Source of the DNA: an uncultured Verrucomicrobiae bacterium
GTDB lineage: Bacteria > Verrucomicrobiota > Verrucomicrobiia > Limisphaerales > JAFGQR01
NCBI GenBank assembly: GCA_963788655.1
Contig: CAWBHS010000011.1
Coordinates: 62,120 to 126,119 of the forward strand
DNA: 64,000 bases
Direction of reading: 5' to 3'
The position numbers were made by a program, and so were the translations under genes. Of this stretch, positions 1-10,374 are shown piece after piece. The notes beneath the pieces are model-generated. The model saw only the letters and a list, made by a program, of their open reading frames with translations. It was not told where the DNA came from and made no database searches. Within the stretch, counting starts at the first letter, position 1. Each line of letters opens with the position of its first letter.

Positions 1-418
1 GCCTGGCGGTCAACTGGTCGCCAGTGCTCAGATTTAGCGTGTGCGCATCGGCAAACTGAGCTTCCGCACGGAGGAAAGAGAATTGGCCGTTGGTCAGTTG
101 CCGGGATCGGTCGTCGGCAAATTCCTTGATCAATGCATTCTTGCGCGCCATCACCTGTCCAAAGTCGAAGCCGGCGGGTTGCGGTTGCAGGCCCCAGACG
201 GTGCTCTGGCGCGTCAAGTTCCGGACTTCCGCCGCGTAGAGCAAGGCTTTGGACGGCATGCAGCCGCGCAGGATGCACAAACCGCCCACGTCCTCACCGC
301 CTTCGATCACCGCCACCCGCAAGCCCGCAGCGGCGGCGGTGCGGGCCGCAGCATAACCGGCACTACCGCCCCCGATGATGACCACGTCGTACGGCGACGA
401 TTGCTCGTTTCTCTTCAT
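1..418 (-). CDS. Pyridine nucleotide-disulfide oxidoreductase (dihydrolipoamide dehydrogenase/mercuric reductase family), 5' part; runs off the window edge
   Basis: Manual translation from ATG at 418 gives MKRNEQSSPYDVVIIGGGSAGYAAA...GGLCILRGCMPSKALL, with the GxGxxG FAD motif and the CxxxxC redox disulfide. It is absent from the ORF track because no stop falls in the window. Confidence 0.85.
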   Translation of the reverse strand, partial: MKRNEQSSPYDVVIIGGGSAGYAAARTAAAAGLRVAVIEGGEDVGGLCILRGCMPSKALLYAAEVRNLTRQSTVWGLQPQPAGFDFGQVMARKNALIKEFADDRSRQLTNGQFSFLRAEAQFADAHTLNLSTGDQLTAR

Positions 419-516
419 GCCGCGATCATGGCTGGAGATGAATGGGCTTTGAAGCAAAACCATCGACTGGTTTCCTTGGATTGAATCCGGCAGGTGTTTG
501 CGTCTATGCTGGAGCA

Positions 517-1578
517 ATGTGGAAAAGTTTGAAGCAGCCCTGGTTGGCATTCGGATTCAGCCTCGTCTTTGGACCGGCGATCTTCTCCGGTTGTTGTTCT
601 CCGAAGGCCGGCCATTCCGACGAATCGCTGAACCGGTATGAGTTCACCGAACCGCAAATGGGCATGCCGTTCCGGATCGTGCTCTATGCTCCGGATCAAA
701 CCCAGGCCGCGGCGGCGGCTACGGCGGCCTTTCAACGCGTAACCCAACTGAATGCGGTCCTTAGCGATTACGACACCGACAGTGAATTGAGCCGCCTCTC
801 CCAAACGGCGGGCCAAGGCCAAACCGTGAAATTGAGCCCGGACTTGTGGTTTATCCTTGAACGCGCACAATCGCTGGCCCGCCGCACCCATGGCGCTTTC
901 GACGCAACCGCCGGCCCGTACATCAGCCTTTGGCGGAAGGCGCGCCGGACCAAGGAATTGCCTTCCGCCAGGTCATTGGCGCTCGCACGTGAGACGGTGG
1001 GGTACGGCAAATTGCGCCTAATTCCGCGCGACCATACCGCGCAACTCATGCTCACTTACATGCGGCTGGACTTGGGCGGCATCGCTAAAGGTTATGCGCT
1101 TGACGAAGCATTGAAGGTTCTCAAACAGCAAGGGATCACCCGCGCGCTGGTCACGGGCGGCGGCGACATGGCCGTCGGTGAACCGCCGCCGGGCAAGCCG
1201 GGTTGGCGAATTGAAATCGCGCCGTTGGATGTTACCAACGCGCCGCCCAAACGCTTTGTGTTGCTACGCAACGTCGGCCTCGCCACCTCCGGCGATCTGT
1301 TTCAACATGTCGAAATCAATGGTAAACGTTACTCGCACATTGTTGATCCGCGGACGGGCCTCGGCCTGACAGATCACAGCCTGGTGACCGTGATTGCTCC
1401 TACCGCCATCACCGCTGACAGCCTGGCCACCGCCGTCAGCGTGCTGGGACCAGTGGCCGGGCGAGAACTCATCGAGCAAACGCCCGGCGTGGCGGCCTAT
1501 ATGGTCCGTCAACCCGAAGATGAAATTGAGACCTTTGCGTCAAAGCGTCTGCCGAAGTATCTGGAGACGACCGAGTAA
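517..1578 (+). CDS. apbE: FAD:protein FMN transferase (ApbE family lipoprotein)
   Basis: Motifs FDATAGP, LDLGGIAKGYALD, ATSGD and YSHIVDPRTG; signal peptide with a Cys lipobox-like SGC. The ORF extends to 442; ATG at 517 is the likely start. Confidence 0.9.
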   Translation: MWKSLKQPWLAFGFSLVFGPAIFSGCCSPKAGHSDESLNRYEFTEPQMGMPFRIVLYAPDQTQAAAAATAAFQRVTQLNAVLSDYDTDSELSRLSQTAGQGQTVKLSPDLWFILERAQSLARRTHGAFDATAGPYISLWRKARRTKELPSARSLALARETVGYGKLRLIPRDHTAQLMLTYMRLDLGGIAKGYALDEALKVLKQQGITRALVTGGGDMAVGEPPPGKPGWRIEIAPLDVTNAPPKRFVLLRNVGLATSGDLFQHVEINGKRYSHIVDPRTGLGLTDHSLVTVIAPTAITADSLATAVSVLGPVAGRELIEQTPGVAAYMVRQPEDEIETFASKRLPKYLETTE

Positions 1579-1632
1579 TTCGGCCGTCATTTCCGGGCGG
1601 GGTTGCGTGATCAGGGCGAGGTCATTTGCGAG

Positions 1633-2980
1633 TCAGCGCTTTTGGCGCGCGTCCTGAAGGGCGGTGGCCGCATTGATGTCGTTCCCTTCCAAGTGGACGG
1701 TGCCCACTTTTTCTTCCAATACGATGCCAAACTCTTGCTTACGCTCACCGCCGGTGCGCGTGTCGCGAATGGTGTTATCCTTGAAAACCAGGTCGCGCGT
1801 TTCCCCCCGCACGCGGATACCCGCCACGGCGCGCTGGCGGCCATTGTTTTCAATGAGATTGTTTTCGACCCGGTTCCGGTGCCCGGCCATGCCTTCGGTT
1901 TCGTTGCGAAAGAAGATGCCGTCCTCGCTGTTGCCTTGAACCGTGTTGCCACGGATTAAATTGTCGGTGTCCTTGTGGCCGATGCTGATGCCGAACCGCC
2001 CGTTCCCCTCGAGGGTGTTCTCCTCGAAGCGACCGTTCTTGACCCGCCAGCACAGGAACAAACCGTCCTGGCCATTGCCCCGCGCCGTGCAGCCACGGAC
2101 CAGCGGACGCTGCGAGCCGCTGCCCGGATGAATGCCCAGTGCAGCGTTGTCTTCGCTCACACAATCAAGCACCTGCACGTCGTTGCACTGCTGGAAGCTG
2201 ATGCCGTCGCCGTGGTAATGGCGCACGGTGCAGCGAGAAATCACCGCGCCCGGACAGCGATAGAGAAAGATACCGCCGCCGCGGCAGCCGTTGAGCGATA
2301 CGTTCTCATCCTTGTTGCCCTCGATGGTGAGCCTTTCCACTCGCGAGCCCTCCACGTCGTAGCCGCTAATTATGGGAAAGACCGTCGCTGCTTGGGCGCC
2401 ATTTGCCACCATGCAATCGGCATTCAGCGGCAAGCTGATGGCAAACGTGTCTCCATTCCGGCCCGTGATGCGCGCAACGGTGGTATGAAATCCGCCGGCA
2501 TTCTTGTCCCATACTGCCACGCCATCGCCCACCGCAAAGCCCGCCGGAATTTGCAGCGTGATTTGTTCCTCGCCATAGTCGCCGTCGAGCGCGAGTGGCG
2601 ACGTGGCGGCCTTGGCTTTGCGCAGAACCGTCGTCTCTCCCTGTCCGCGCACCGTAACTCGCGACCGCAGGTGCAAGGAGTCGCGCATCAGGAACTCGCC
2701 CGGTCCAATTCGTAACCGTGCCGCCGCCCAGGCCGGCGACATAATCCACGGCGGCCTGGAGCGCTCGGTTGTCGCGGCCTATGATGTCTGCGTCGCGCAA
2801 GCCAACGGTGACGTGCGGTAGCACTGTCATCGCCCCGTGCATGGCGGTGGGAAGTTGGCGATACGGCGAAGGCGCGACCGGCGCGGCATTATCCGCGGCG
2901 GATGAATCTCGCGGAATGGTCAGACCCAGTGACAGAATGCCGGCAAGCAGGAGGGGCTCGAACACGCTGCGGTTTTTCAT
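1633..2980 (-). CDS. Secreted right-handed parallel beta-helix protein (pectin lyase fold), frameshifted near 2712
   Basis: The N-terminal part in ORF 2366..3112 (signal peptide, ALQAAVDYVAGLGGGTV) joins IGPGEFLMRDSLHL and repeated GNxxDGIF/NNxIENN units in ORF 1633..2742. Confidence 0.75.
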
Positions 2981-3081
2981 GGAAGGAACGCTATCAGCGG
3001 CCTCGGTGAATTGCACGCGGAAACCAGAGCGATTTCCCGTTCCGCCGTGCCGATCTCCGAGCTGAATCGAGGAGATACAGA

Positions 3082-4582
3082 TCAAGGGGAGCGCACCCGT
3101 GCGCGGGCACACTCCCGGCCTATTACAACGCCGGGAGCGGCACTCCTTGGTGGCAAGCTTCCTCGGTACAGTTTGGCCGCCCGTTGATCCTCACCCAGCA
3201 ACTTGCTGGTCCAATACTGTTCGACCACGGCGCTGGCGCTCAACGGATTCAGCTCGTATTCAAGGGCGTTCCGCAACCGAGCTGTTTCATTGGCTTTTAA
3301 TCGCTGGGCCACCACCGCTGCCTGCGCGGGATCGGTGGCGCGGAGGGCGGCCCATTCCTCAATGGTTACCCATCCCGCAAAGCGCTGGACGTTTTCCTTC
3401 TCCAAGGCGATTGCCTGCGCGACGTTTGGGTTCTGGCGAACCAACTCAGCCATTTGACCCCCACCTTCCAACAGCAGCAAGATCAAGTGTTGGGGTGAGA
3501 GGGCACGGCGGGTCTGACTCGCCAGTTCGGCGTAAGCCTTGTTTTGTCGGGCGAGTTCGGCACTGGCGCAACAATAGTGAGCGGAAAGCAATGCATAATG
3601 ACTGCCGGCATTGGGGTGGCTGGCATAAGCGGCCCGGGCTGCTTCGAGCAGTTGGCGTTCATCCACGGCGGCGCCATATTTGGCGGCGGCTTGCCGGTAG
3701 CCCAGCAGGCCCACGGTCACATAGTGGGCCGTCAAGGGATGGGCTTTCACCGGGCTGGAATTCAACAGACTTTCGAACGTGTGAATCCGCGTCGCCAAGC
3801 GTTCCTGGTATTCCTGGTCGTGCTCGCCCCGGTAGGCTTCCCGCGAGCGTTGGGTGATTTCCTGTAAATCAGGCGCCGCCACTTGAAACCGCTGGCGCAG
3901 TTTCTTCAATTCCTCCAAGTCCCGGAAGCCACCGTGGATTGCCAGAGCCAATTGGTACAAACTCAAATTCTTGGGCGCGAGCAACAGGGCCTTGTCCAGG
4001 TATCCCAATCCCTTCTGCATGCTGTCGCTGTTGCGGAGCTTGGTGAAGACCGTTTCGCGGGCCGCCTCATCGGAATAAAGCAACGCAAGCGACGACAACT
4101 CCGGCGCCTCGCCGACCGCTTCGGTGCGGATGGCGTCGCGCATGACATCCATCACCGCGCGCGAAATCAGACAATGCACCGTGTTGTTCAGGAGAATACT
4201 GTCGCTGGGATCCAGCGTGATCGCCTCCTCCAGCAACGCCAGACCCCGTTGGTGGTCGGCGGAGTGGCCGGTTGCCTCGAACAGATCGAAATAAACCAAA
4301 CCGCAATTGTTCAACGACGCGGCGGTCCGCGGCAACTTCTGATAACCATCGATCGCCAGGCGCAGATATTTGGCCGCCTCGGTTTTCTGGCCGGCCTGGA
4401 GCGCTTTCTCCCCGCGCGCTCCATTGAGTGAACACTGGGTCCACGCGCTGTCGGGATCGCCCTTTTCCAACCAGGCGATTTGGTCGTCGATGTCCTTTTG
4501 CGCGTGAGCCCGCAACGCAGGCTTCGGAGTGCAGGACGTAACGACCGCCACATTCTCCCCACCAATGCGGTTCCAGGTTCAT
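3082..4582 (-). CDS. Hypothetical TPR-like helical protein, possibly exported; both ends probably affected by indels
   Basis: 489-aa ORF 3082..4551 with TPR-like segments (GLALLEEAITLDPSDS, LDKALLLAPKNLSLY). An out-of-frame ATG at 4582 may be the real start. Confidence 0.55.
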
Positions 4583-4653
4583 AGCGTTGCGATTCAAACG
4601 CAAACTCACTACTCGATCGATCGGGATTTTCGCAATTTTCTTCACCGACAAGG

Positions 4654-4770
4654 GTAGGACAGGCGTCCCGTCTGTCTCGGATTCGCCAAGAACGTTCATC
4701 CCTTCTTAGAACGCCTGAAGGCCAACGAGCGCTCTTTGGCCATTCGGGATCGCCGGGACGGCTGTCCTAC
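4654..4770. repeat. GTAG-type REP doublet, family A (degenerate copy)
   Basis: GTAGGACAGGCGTCCCGTCTGTC ... GATCGCCGGGACGGCTGTCCTAC in inverted orientation. The terminal CTA supplies the coaX stop codon. Confidence 0.75.
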
Positions 4771-5525
4771 GGAAAATGCGCTGACCACTCGAGCCGCAAT
4801 CCCTCCAGCGTCAGCAGCGGTTCGACGGCTTTAATTTCCGGCAAACCTTCGGCCATGAGTTGCGCGTAACCCCCCGTGGCTACCAATGGCAATCGGCGGC
4901 AATCCAATGCTTGCCTCAATTCGCGAATCAATCCCCGCACCAATCCCCGGTAACCATGCATGGCCCCGATCAACATGGCTTCGGTCGTGCTCCGGCCAAT
5001 TACTTTGCTGATCTCCCGGATGCGAATACGCGGCAGCAAGGCGGTTTTTTCGTGCAAATAATCGGTCATGGCCGACAGCCCGGGAGCGATGATGCCACCC
5101 ACGTAATCGCCGTGCTGATCGATGACATCAAACGTAACCGCAGTGCCGAAGTCCACGGCCACGGCTGGCGCGCCAAAATGGTGCTTCACGGCCACGGCAT
5201 TGGCGAGCCGGTCCGGGCCGATGGTGCGCGGTTTTGGATAGTTCACGCCCACTCCCCTGACGGTGGCGGACGTGAGTTCCAATACGGGTTGCCGCCATTC
5301 CTGGCGTAGCCACCGGCGCGCAGCCACGGTTGCGTGCGGCACGACGCTGCACAACGCCGTTCCGGAAATCGCGGCGCTGCGCACAAACCGCTTGATGGCT
5401 CGTCCGCTGTCATGCGAGAGCCAACCCGCGGTCAGTATCTCAGTCTGCCGGACAATGCGCGTTTCATTCGCCAGTCCGAGATGCGTGTGGGTGTTGCCGA
5501 TGTCGAGCAGGAGCAGCATGCGCAC
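4767..5525 (-). CDS. coaX: Type III pantothenate kinase
   Basis: Motifs LLDIGNT, IGPDRLAN, VDFGTAVTFD, GGIIAPG, ATGG and LTLEGL. Confidence 0.95.
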   Translation of the reverse strand: MRMLLLLDIGNTHTHLGLANETRIVRQTEILTAGWLSHDSGRAIKRFVRSAAISGTALCSVVPHATVAARRWLRQEWRQPVLELTSATVRGVGVNYPKPRTIGPDRLANAVAVKHHFGAPAVAVDFGTAVTFDVIDQHGDYVGGIIAPGLSAMTDYLHEKTALLPRIRIREISKVIGRSTTEAMLIGAMHGYRGLVRGLIRELRQALDCRRLPLVATGGYAQLMAEGLPEIKAVEPLLTLEGLRLEWSAHFP

Positions 5526-6521
5526 TTACGTTTCCAAGGTGACATCCCCGCCCACAATCCGTTCCAAATGGCCGTGTGTCGTGCGTAGGAGCAGGGCGCC
5601 GGTTTCATCGAGCGCTTCCGCCTGGCCCTGCAGGACGGTGCCTCCCAAATTGATGCTCACGGTTTGGCCGAGGGTGGTGCAGCGAGCGGCCCATTCACTG
5701 GCAACTTGCGGGAATTGATTTTGGCAAACACGCGTGTAGTCTGCATCCAACTCCCGCAAAATCACTGCGGCGAGGTCTGCCCGGCGGAAATGGCGTCCGG
5801 CCTCGAGCTTCAAGGACGTCGCCAGCTTGCGCAATTCCGGGGGTAGATCGCTGCTGGTCAGATTCACGTCCACCCCAATGCCGAGGACCAGATACTTGAT
5901 GTGGTCCAGTTCCGCGCTCAGCTCGGTCAAAATTCCCGCCACCTTTTTTCCGTCAATCAAGATGTCATTGGGCCACTTGATCTGCGGTTCCAGGCTGGTT
6001 GCCAGTTGCAGGCTTCGCGCCAGCGCGTTGGCGGCGGCGACGGTGAGTTGCGTGGCGGCTTCCGGGCGCAAATCCGGGCGCAACACCACCGAGAACCACA
6101 GCCCCTTGTGCGCGGGGGAAATCCAGGTGCGTCCCAACCGGCCGCGGCCGCGCGACTGGGATTCGGCGAACACGACCACCCCCTCGGGCGCGCCGTCACG
6201 GGCCAGCTTCTCGGCCACGTCGTTGGTGGAATTGGTTTCTTGGAATACCCGGATGTCGCGGCCCACGACCCGATGGCCGTCCACCAGGGATAACAAGTCA
6301 TCGGCGTGCAGCACATCGGGTACGCTCACCAACCGGTACCCCTGGTGCGGGCTGGCCTCGATTTCGTATCCCAGCGAACGAAGTTCCTCGATCCGAGCCC
6401 AAATGGCCGCCCGCGAAATGCCCAGTTGCCGCGACAGTTCGGCGCCCGACACGGCGGGTTGATCCACCGCTCGCAGCGCCTTCAAGATTTGCGCGTCAAT
6501 GGTCATGATATGGGGCATCAC
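5526..6521 (-). CDS. birA: Bifunctional biotin--[acetyl-CoA carboxylase] ligase / repressor
   Basis: N-terminal HTH (SGAELSRQLGISRAAIW), STND, QSRGRGRLGRTW, IKWPNDILIDGKKVAGILTE and GIGVDVN. Confidence 0.95.
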   Translation of the reverse strand: MMPHIMTIDAQILKALRAVDQPAVSGAELSRQLGISRAAIWARIEELRSLGYEIEASPHQGYRLVSVPDVLHADDLLSLVDGHRVVGRDIRVFQETNSTNDVAEKLARDGAPEGVVVFAESQSRGRGRLGRTWISPAHKGLWFSVVLRPDLRPEAATQLTVAAANALARSLQLATSLEPQIKWPNDILIDGKKVAGILTELSAELDHIKYLVLGIGVDVNLTSSDLPPELRKLATSLKLEAGRHFRRADLAAVILRELDADYTRVCQNQFPQVASEWAARCTTLGQTVSINLGGTVLQGQAEALDETGALLLRTTHGHLERIVGGDVTLET

Positions 6522-6545
6522 GGAATCGAATTGGACACCATTGGA

Positions 6546-7400
6546 TCATGTTTGAAAATCCAAGGCAATATCCACGGCGCGCGCGGAATGGGTGAGCGCC
6601 CCGACCGAGATAAAGTCCACTCCCGTTTCGGCAATTGCGCGCGCGCGCTCGAGGGTGACGCCGCCACTAGCTTCCAATTTCGCCCGCCCGGCGGTCCGGT
6701 CCACCGCCTGGCGCATCTGGCTAAGTTCCATGTTGTCCAGCAGAATGATATCGGCGCCTGCCGCCAAAGCCTGATCCACCTGATCAAGGTTGTCCGCCTC
6801 GACCTCGACCTGGAGCTGGGGGAATCGAGTCCGAGCACGTTCCACTGCTGCGGCGATCGGATTGGGTTGGGCAGCCGTCAGTGCGGCGAGATGATTGTCT
6901 TTGATGAGCACCAGGTCAAAAAGTCCGAACCGGTGGTTGCGTCCGCCGCCGCAGTGGACGGCGTATTTCTCGAGACGCCGCCAACCCGGCGTGGTTTTGC
7001 GCGTGTCCAGGATTTGCGCCCCGGTCCCCGCGACCGCCTGCACGAATTGGGTCGTCAACGTGGCAATGCCGGACAGACGTTGGACAAAGTTCAGTGCCAC
7101 GCGCTCCGCGGTCAATAGGGCGCGCGCCGTTCCGGAGAGTTGCAGCAGAACGGCCCCCGTTTCGACTGCCTGGCCGTCTTGGGCGATGCGCTTGATTTGC
7201 ACGGTTGAGGCCAATGCCTTGAAGGTGGCTTCGGCCAGTCCGACTCCGGCCAGCACCAGGGGTTCGCGCGCCACCATTCGGGCAGCGGCGGACAACTCTT
7301 CCGGTACGGTCGCCAAGGTTGTGGCATCCCCGCTGCCGACGTCTTCGGCCAAGGCCGCCTTCACCACGCGCTGAATTTCCTCAGCCGACATGCATTCCAT
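6546..7400 (-). CDS. nadC: Nicotinate-nucleotide diphosphorylase (carboxylating)
   Basis: Motifs ERVALNFVQRLSGIAT, DTRKTTPG, NHRFGLFD, LIKDNH, ILLDNM, EASGG and ISVGALTHS. Start uncertain (ORF extends to 7439). Confidence 0.95.
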   Translation of the reverse strand: MECMSAEEIQRVVKAALAEDVGSGDATTLATVPEELSAAARMVAREPLVLAGVGLAEATFKALASTVQIKRIAQDGQAVETGAVLLQLSGTARALLTAERVALNFVQRLSGIATLTTQFVQAVAGTGAQILDTRKTTPGWRRLEKYAVHCGGGRNHRFGLFDLVLIKDNHLAALTAAQPNPIAAAVERARTRFPQLQVEVEADNLDQVDQALAAGADIILLDNMELSQMRQAVDRTAGRAKLEASGGVTLERARAIAETGVDFISVGALTHSARAVDIALDFQT

Positions 7401-7518
7401 GGCGAAAGACTGAACGAAGGGCGGCAGAGGATGAAGCAAAATGTTCGGCGTGACCGGAAGGAACGAGCAGGGAAATGAAATCCGAAGACCGGAAATCCGA
7501 GATCCGAAAGAAGTCCGA

Positions 7519-7712
7519 AGCCGTGACTATTCAGTTGCTGGAGCAGTGATAAGGCGATTCGGCGTGGTAGGACAGGCGTCTCGCCTGTCTCGAATAACCA
7601 AAGGCATTCTCACCTTTTGGTGACTTGGAGAGACTTCCGGCGCCGTTACAAGTCGATGGTTTGCAGTCGTTCGGGACAGGCGGGACGCCTGTCCTACTGA
7701 ATAGTCACAGTT
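7519..7712. mobile_element. MITE-like element, copy 1, containing a family A REP doublet
   Basis: Imperfect 19-bp terminal inverted repeats AGCCGTGACTATTCAGTTG / CTACTGAATAGTCACAGTT enclose GTAGGACAGGCGTCTCGCCTGTC...GACAGGCGGGACGCCTGTCCTAC. A colinear homolog lies at 34505-34700. Confidence 0.7.
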
Positions 7713-8104
7713 AAGTCGGATTTGCGCTCGTTGGCGATGGCGGAGCAAAAACTTGCGGGTTCTTGTTGAGTCTTGCGCACCAAGTATTAATAATTTGGTC
7801 GCACGGCGCTTCCTCGTGCAAATTGGGCGCATCCAGCCCGCGTGGCGCCGTCTTGCTCACTTTGGGTCGCACGGCAAAGGATTGCCGAACCTGCGTAAGG
7901 TTCAGTTCAAAGTCACGCAGCCTGACGATGGTTGTCACCAATCAGTGACTTTGTCGAAGTAGATGGATCGATGAAACAATGCACCAATCCACGATGGATC
8001 ATTGGGCCAAGCTCGGCAACGAGCCGGCCACCCAATGGGCCTGTTCGTGTGCCTACCCTCGGAGTGAGGAGCCGTAATCGTCGATAAACGCACTTTTCTG
8101 TTTT

Positions 8105-9547
8105 ATGTCTCACCCGGTTATTACAGTCGCCCAGATGCGCGAATGGGAAAAAGTCACCTGGGCTTCCGGTCAAGTGGAAGAAACCGTCATGCGCCAGGCT
8201 GGGCAGGCGGTGGCGCGGCAGGCGGAAAAAATGACCGCCGCCGGCGAACTCGTCTTCGTCGTGGCCGGTAAAGGTCATAATGGCGATGACGCGATGTTCG
8301 CCGCCGAATACCTGGCCGAACGCGAGGTGAAGAGCTTGCGGGTTGCGAACCCCGAGGCGGCGGCCAAAGAAATCGCGACGTTGCTGGAGCAACGTCCGGC
8401 CCTGATTGTGGACGGATTGTTTGGCATCGGGCTGAGCCGTTCGTTGTCCGAACCGTGGTTGCGGCTGGTGCAGGGGCTGAACCAAAGCAAGGTTCCCATA
8501 CTTTCGGTGGATGTGCCCTCGGGCTTGAACGCCGATACCGGGCTGCCGCTGGATAACGCCATTCGGGCCACCTGCACCCTCACCCTGGGAGCGGTCAAAG
8601 GCGGGCTGCTCAAGTCCACGGCGTGGCCTTTTATCGGACGGCTGGAAGTGGCCCCGGAGATTGGCTTGGTGCCTTATCCATTCGACACAGAAATCCGCAT
8701 GTCGGCGCCGCAGGATTTTGCGAATTTTCCCCCGCCACGTCCGCTGGAAGGCCACAAAGGCACCTTCGGTCACCTGGCCATTCTGGCGGGCAGTATTGGT
8801 TATCATGGCGCCGCGGTGCTGGCCTCGCGCGGCGCCCAACGGGCCCAACCGGGCTTGATCACTTTGTTCACCGAGGATCGCGTCTATGAACCGGTGGCCC
8901 GGCAGTTGCAGGCGGTCATGGTCCAGCCCACCTTGACCAATCCCCAACTGCCGGACACTTGCACGGCCATTCTGATCGGCCTGGGATTGGCCTCGCCTTA
9001 TTTGCCGGACTCGGTCAAACAGTTCTGTCGTGAAACCTGGCAGGAATCACCGCTGCCGGTCATTGTTGATGCCAGTGCGCTCGCCTGGCTGCCGACCGGG
9101 CCGTGTCTGGAGAATGCGTTGCGGGTGATCACGCCGCATCCCGGTGAAGCCGCCCGCATGCTGCAAACCACCGCGGCGGAAGTGCAATCGGATCGGGTCA
9201 AAGCCCTGCGGGATCTATCCCATCGTTACGGGAACTGTTGCGTGGTCTTGAAGGGACACCAAACCCTGATTGGCGCTTACCCGGAGGATCTGTGGGTCAA
9301 TTGCTCGGGCAATCCTCATCTCGCCCAGGGCGGCAGTGGTGATTTGCTGGCGGGCTTTATCGGCGGTTTGTTGGCGCAGCCGCCGCTCCAGAGCCATTCC
9401 TGCCGGACGATCAATTACGCCGTCTGGCAACATGGCGCCGCGGCGGATGCTCTTCAGCACAAGCAGCCGAATTGGACCATTGAAGATCTGGCAACCCTGC
9501 TGGGGGCAGTGACGGTGGAGCCGAATCCCCCGGTGCCCCCATCCTAG
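8105..9547 (+). CDS. nnr: Bifunctional NAD(P)H-hydrate epimerase/dehydratase
   Basis: YjeF_N motifs GKGHNGDD, IVDGLFGIG and VDVPSG; carbohydrate-kinase motifs HKGTFG, VITPHPGEAARM, VVLKG and LAQGGSGDLLAG. Confidence 0.92.
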   Translation: MSHPVITVAQMREWEKVTWASGQVEETVMRQAGQAVARQAEKMTAAGELVFVVAGKGHNGDDAMFAAEYLAEREVKSLRVANPEAAAKEIATLLEQRPALIVDGLFGIGLSRSLSEPWLRLVQGLNQSKVPILSVDVPSGLNADTGLPLDNAIRATCTLTLGAVKGGLLKSTAWPFIGRLEVAPEIGLVPYPFDTEIRMSAPQDFANFPPPRPLEGHKGTFGHLAILAGSIGYHGAAVLASRGAQRAQPGLITLFTEDRVYEPVARQLQAVMVQPTLTNPQLPDTCTAILIGLGLASPYLPDSVKQFCRETWQESPLPVIVDASALAWLPTGPCLENALRVITPHPGEAARMLQTTAAEVQSDRVKALRDLSHRYGNCCVVLKGHQTLIGAYPEDLWVNCSGNPHLAQGGSGDLLAGFIGGLLAQPPLQSHSCRTINYAVWQHGAAADALQHKQPNWTIEDLATLLGAVTVEPNPPVPPS

Positions 9548-9573
9548 TCAGAACCTGTTACCAGAATTCTACG

Positions 9574-10102
9574 ATGAGCACCATCCTGAATCGGTTGTTT
9601 CAATCAGCGATCTTGGTCACTAATGGCCGCCGGTTGCGCGACGTCTCACCCCAAACTCGTCACCGATCCGGTGGGCCCGATCACCGCCAGCAATGCCCGG
9701 TTTTCAGGACACCCGCAAGGAACGCTGATGGTTTATACCGCTACGGAAGACGTTGATGACGGTGGCATCATGTATTATCCGCACACGCCTTACTCCATTA
9801 CGACTCCCGACGGCAAACTGGTGAAAGCGGTGCGCAACCATGTTGGGGATACCGACCAAAGCCCCATGACGGTACCACTGAACGAAGGCGAATTTTTTGT
9901 CAACGCCCAGGCCGAAGGGAAAGGTTGGGTGACCGTGCCGGTGGTGATTTCGCGCGGCCGGTTGACGATGGTGAATCTTGAACTCAGAAAGTTGCCCGAG
10001 ATCGAATCGTTGCCTGAAACCGAACGCGTGCGATTGCCGGACGGACGGATCATTGGACGCCGGGCAACCCTCCCTGCGAAAGAAACGCAACCAGGCCAAT
10101 AA
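9574..10102 (+). CDS. Hypothetical lipoprotein, frameshifted near 9620
   Basis: MSTILNRLFQSAILVT (9574 frame) joins MAAGCATSH (9623 frame) to give a signal peptide with an AAGC lipobox. Confidence 0.55.
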
Positions 10103-10374
10103 CACTGCCCGAGCCGATCTGCGACGGCGAAGGAGCGTTGGGCAACTTCACAGTTCAAAGCGCAAACATCATTTGGGGAAGTCGCGTCACGGGACTTTCA
10201 GGAGACGACGGGCATCGTCTCACTTGTTGGGCGGATCGGGAAGCTGGAAACTCCTTCCTTCGTCTCCTGCGATGGTGCCCCTACGCATTTCCAATGCGGC
10301 TTCAAAAAAACTATCGAATCTACGTGGATTTCGGCATTCTGCGTGCGTACGCATGGCCATATTCGGGCTGAAAC

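Noticed and set aside
7873..7885. Sigma-54 promoter GGCAAAGGATTGC
   Set aside because: The GG-to-GC spacing is 9 nt rather than the required 10.
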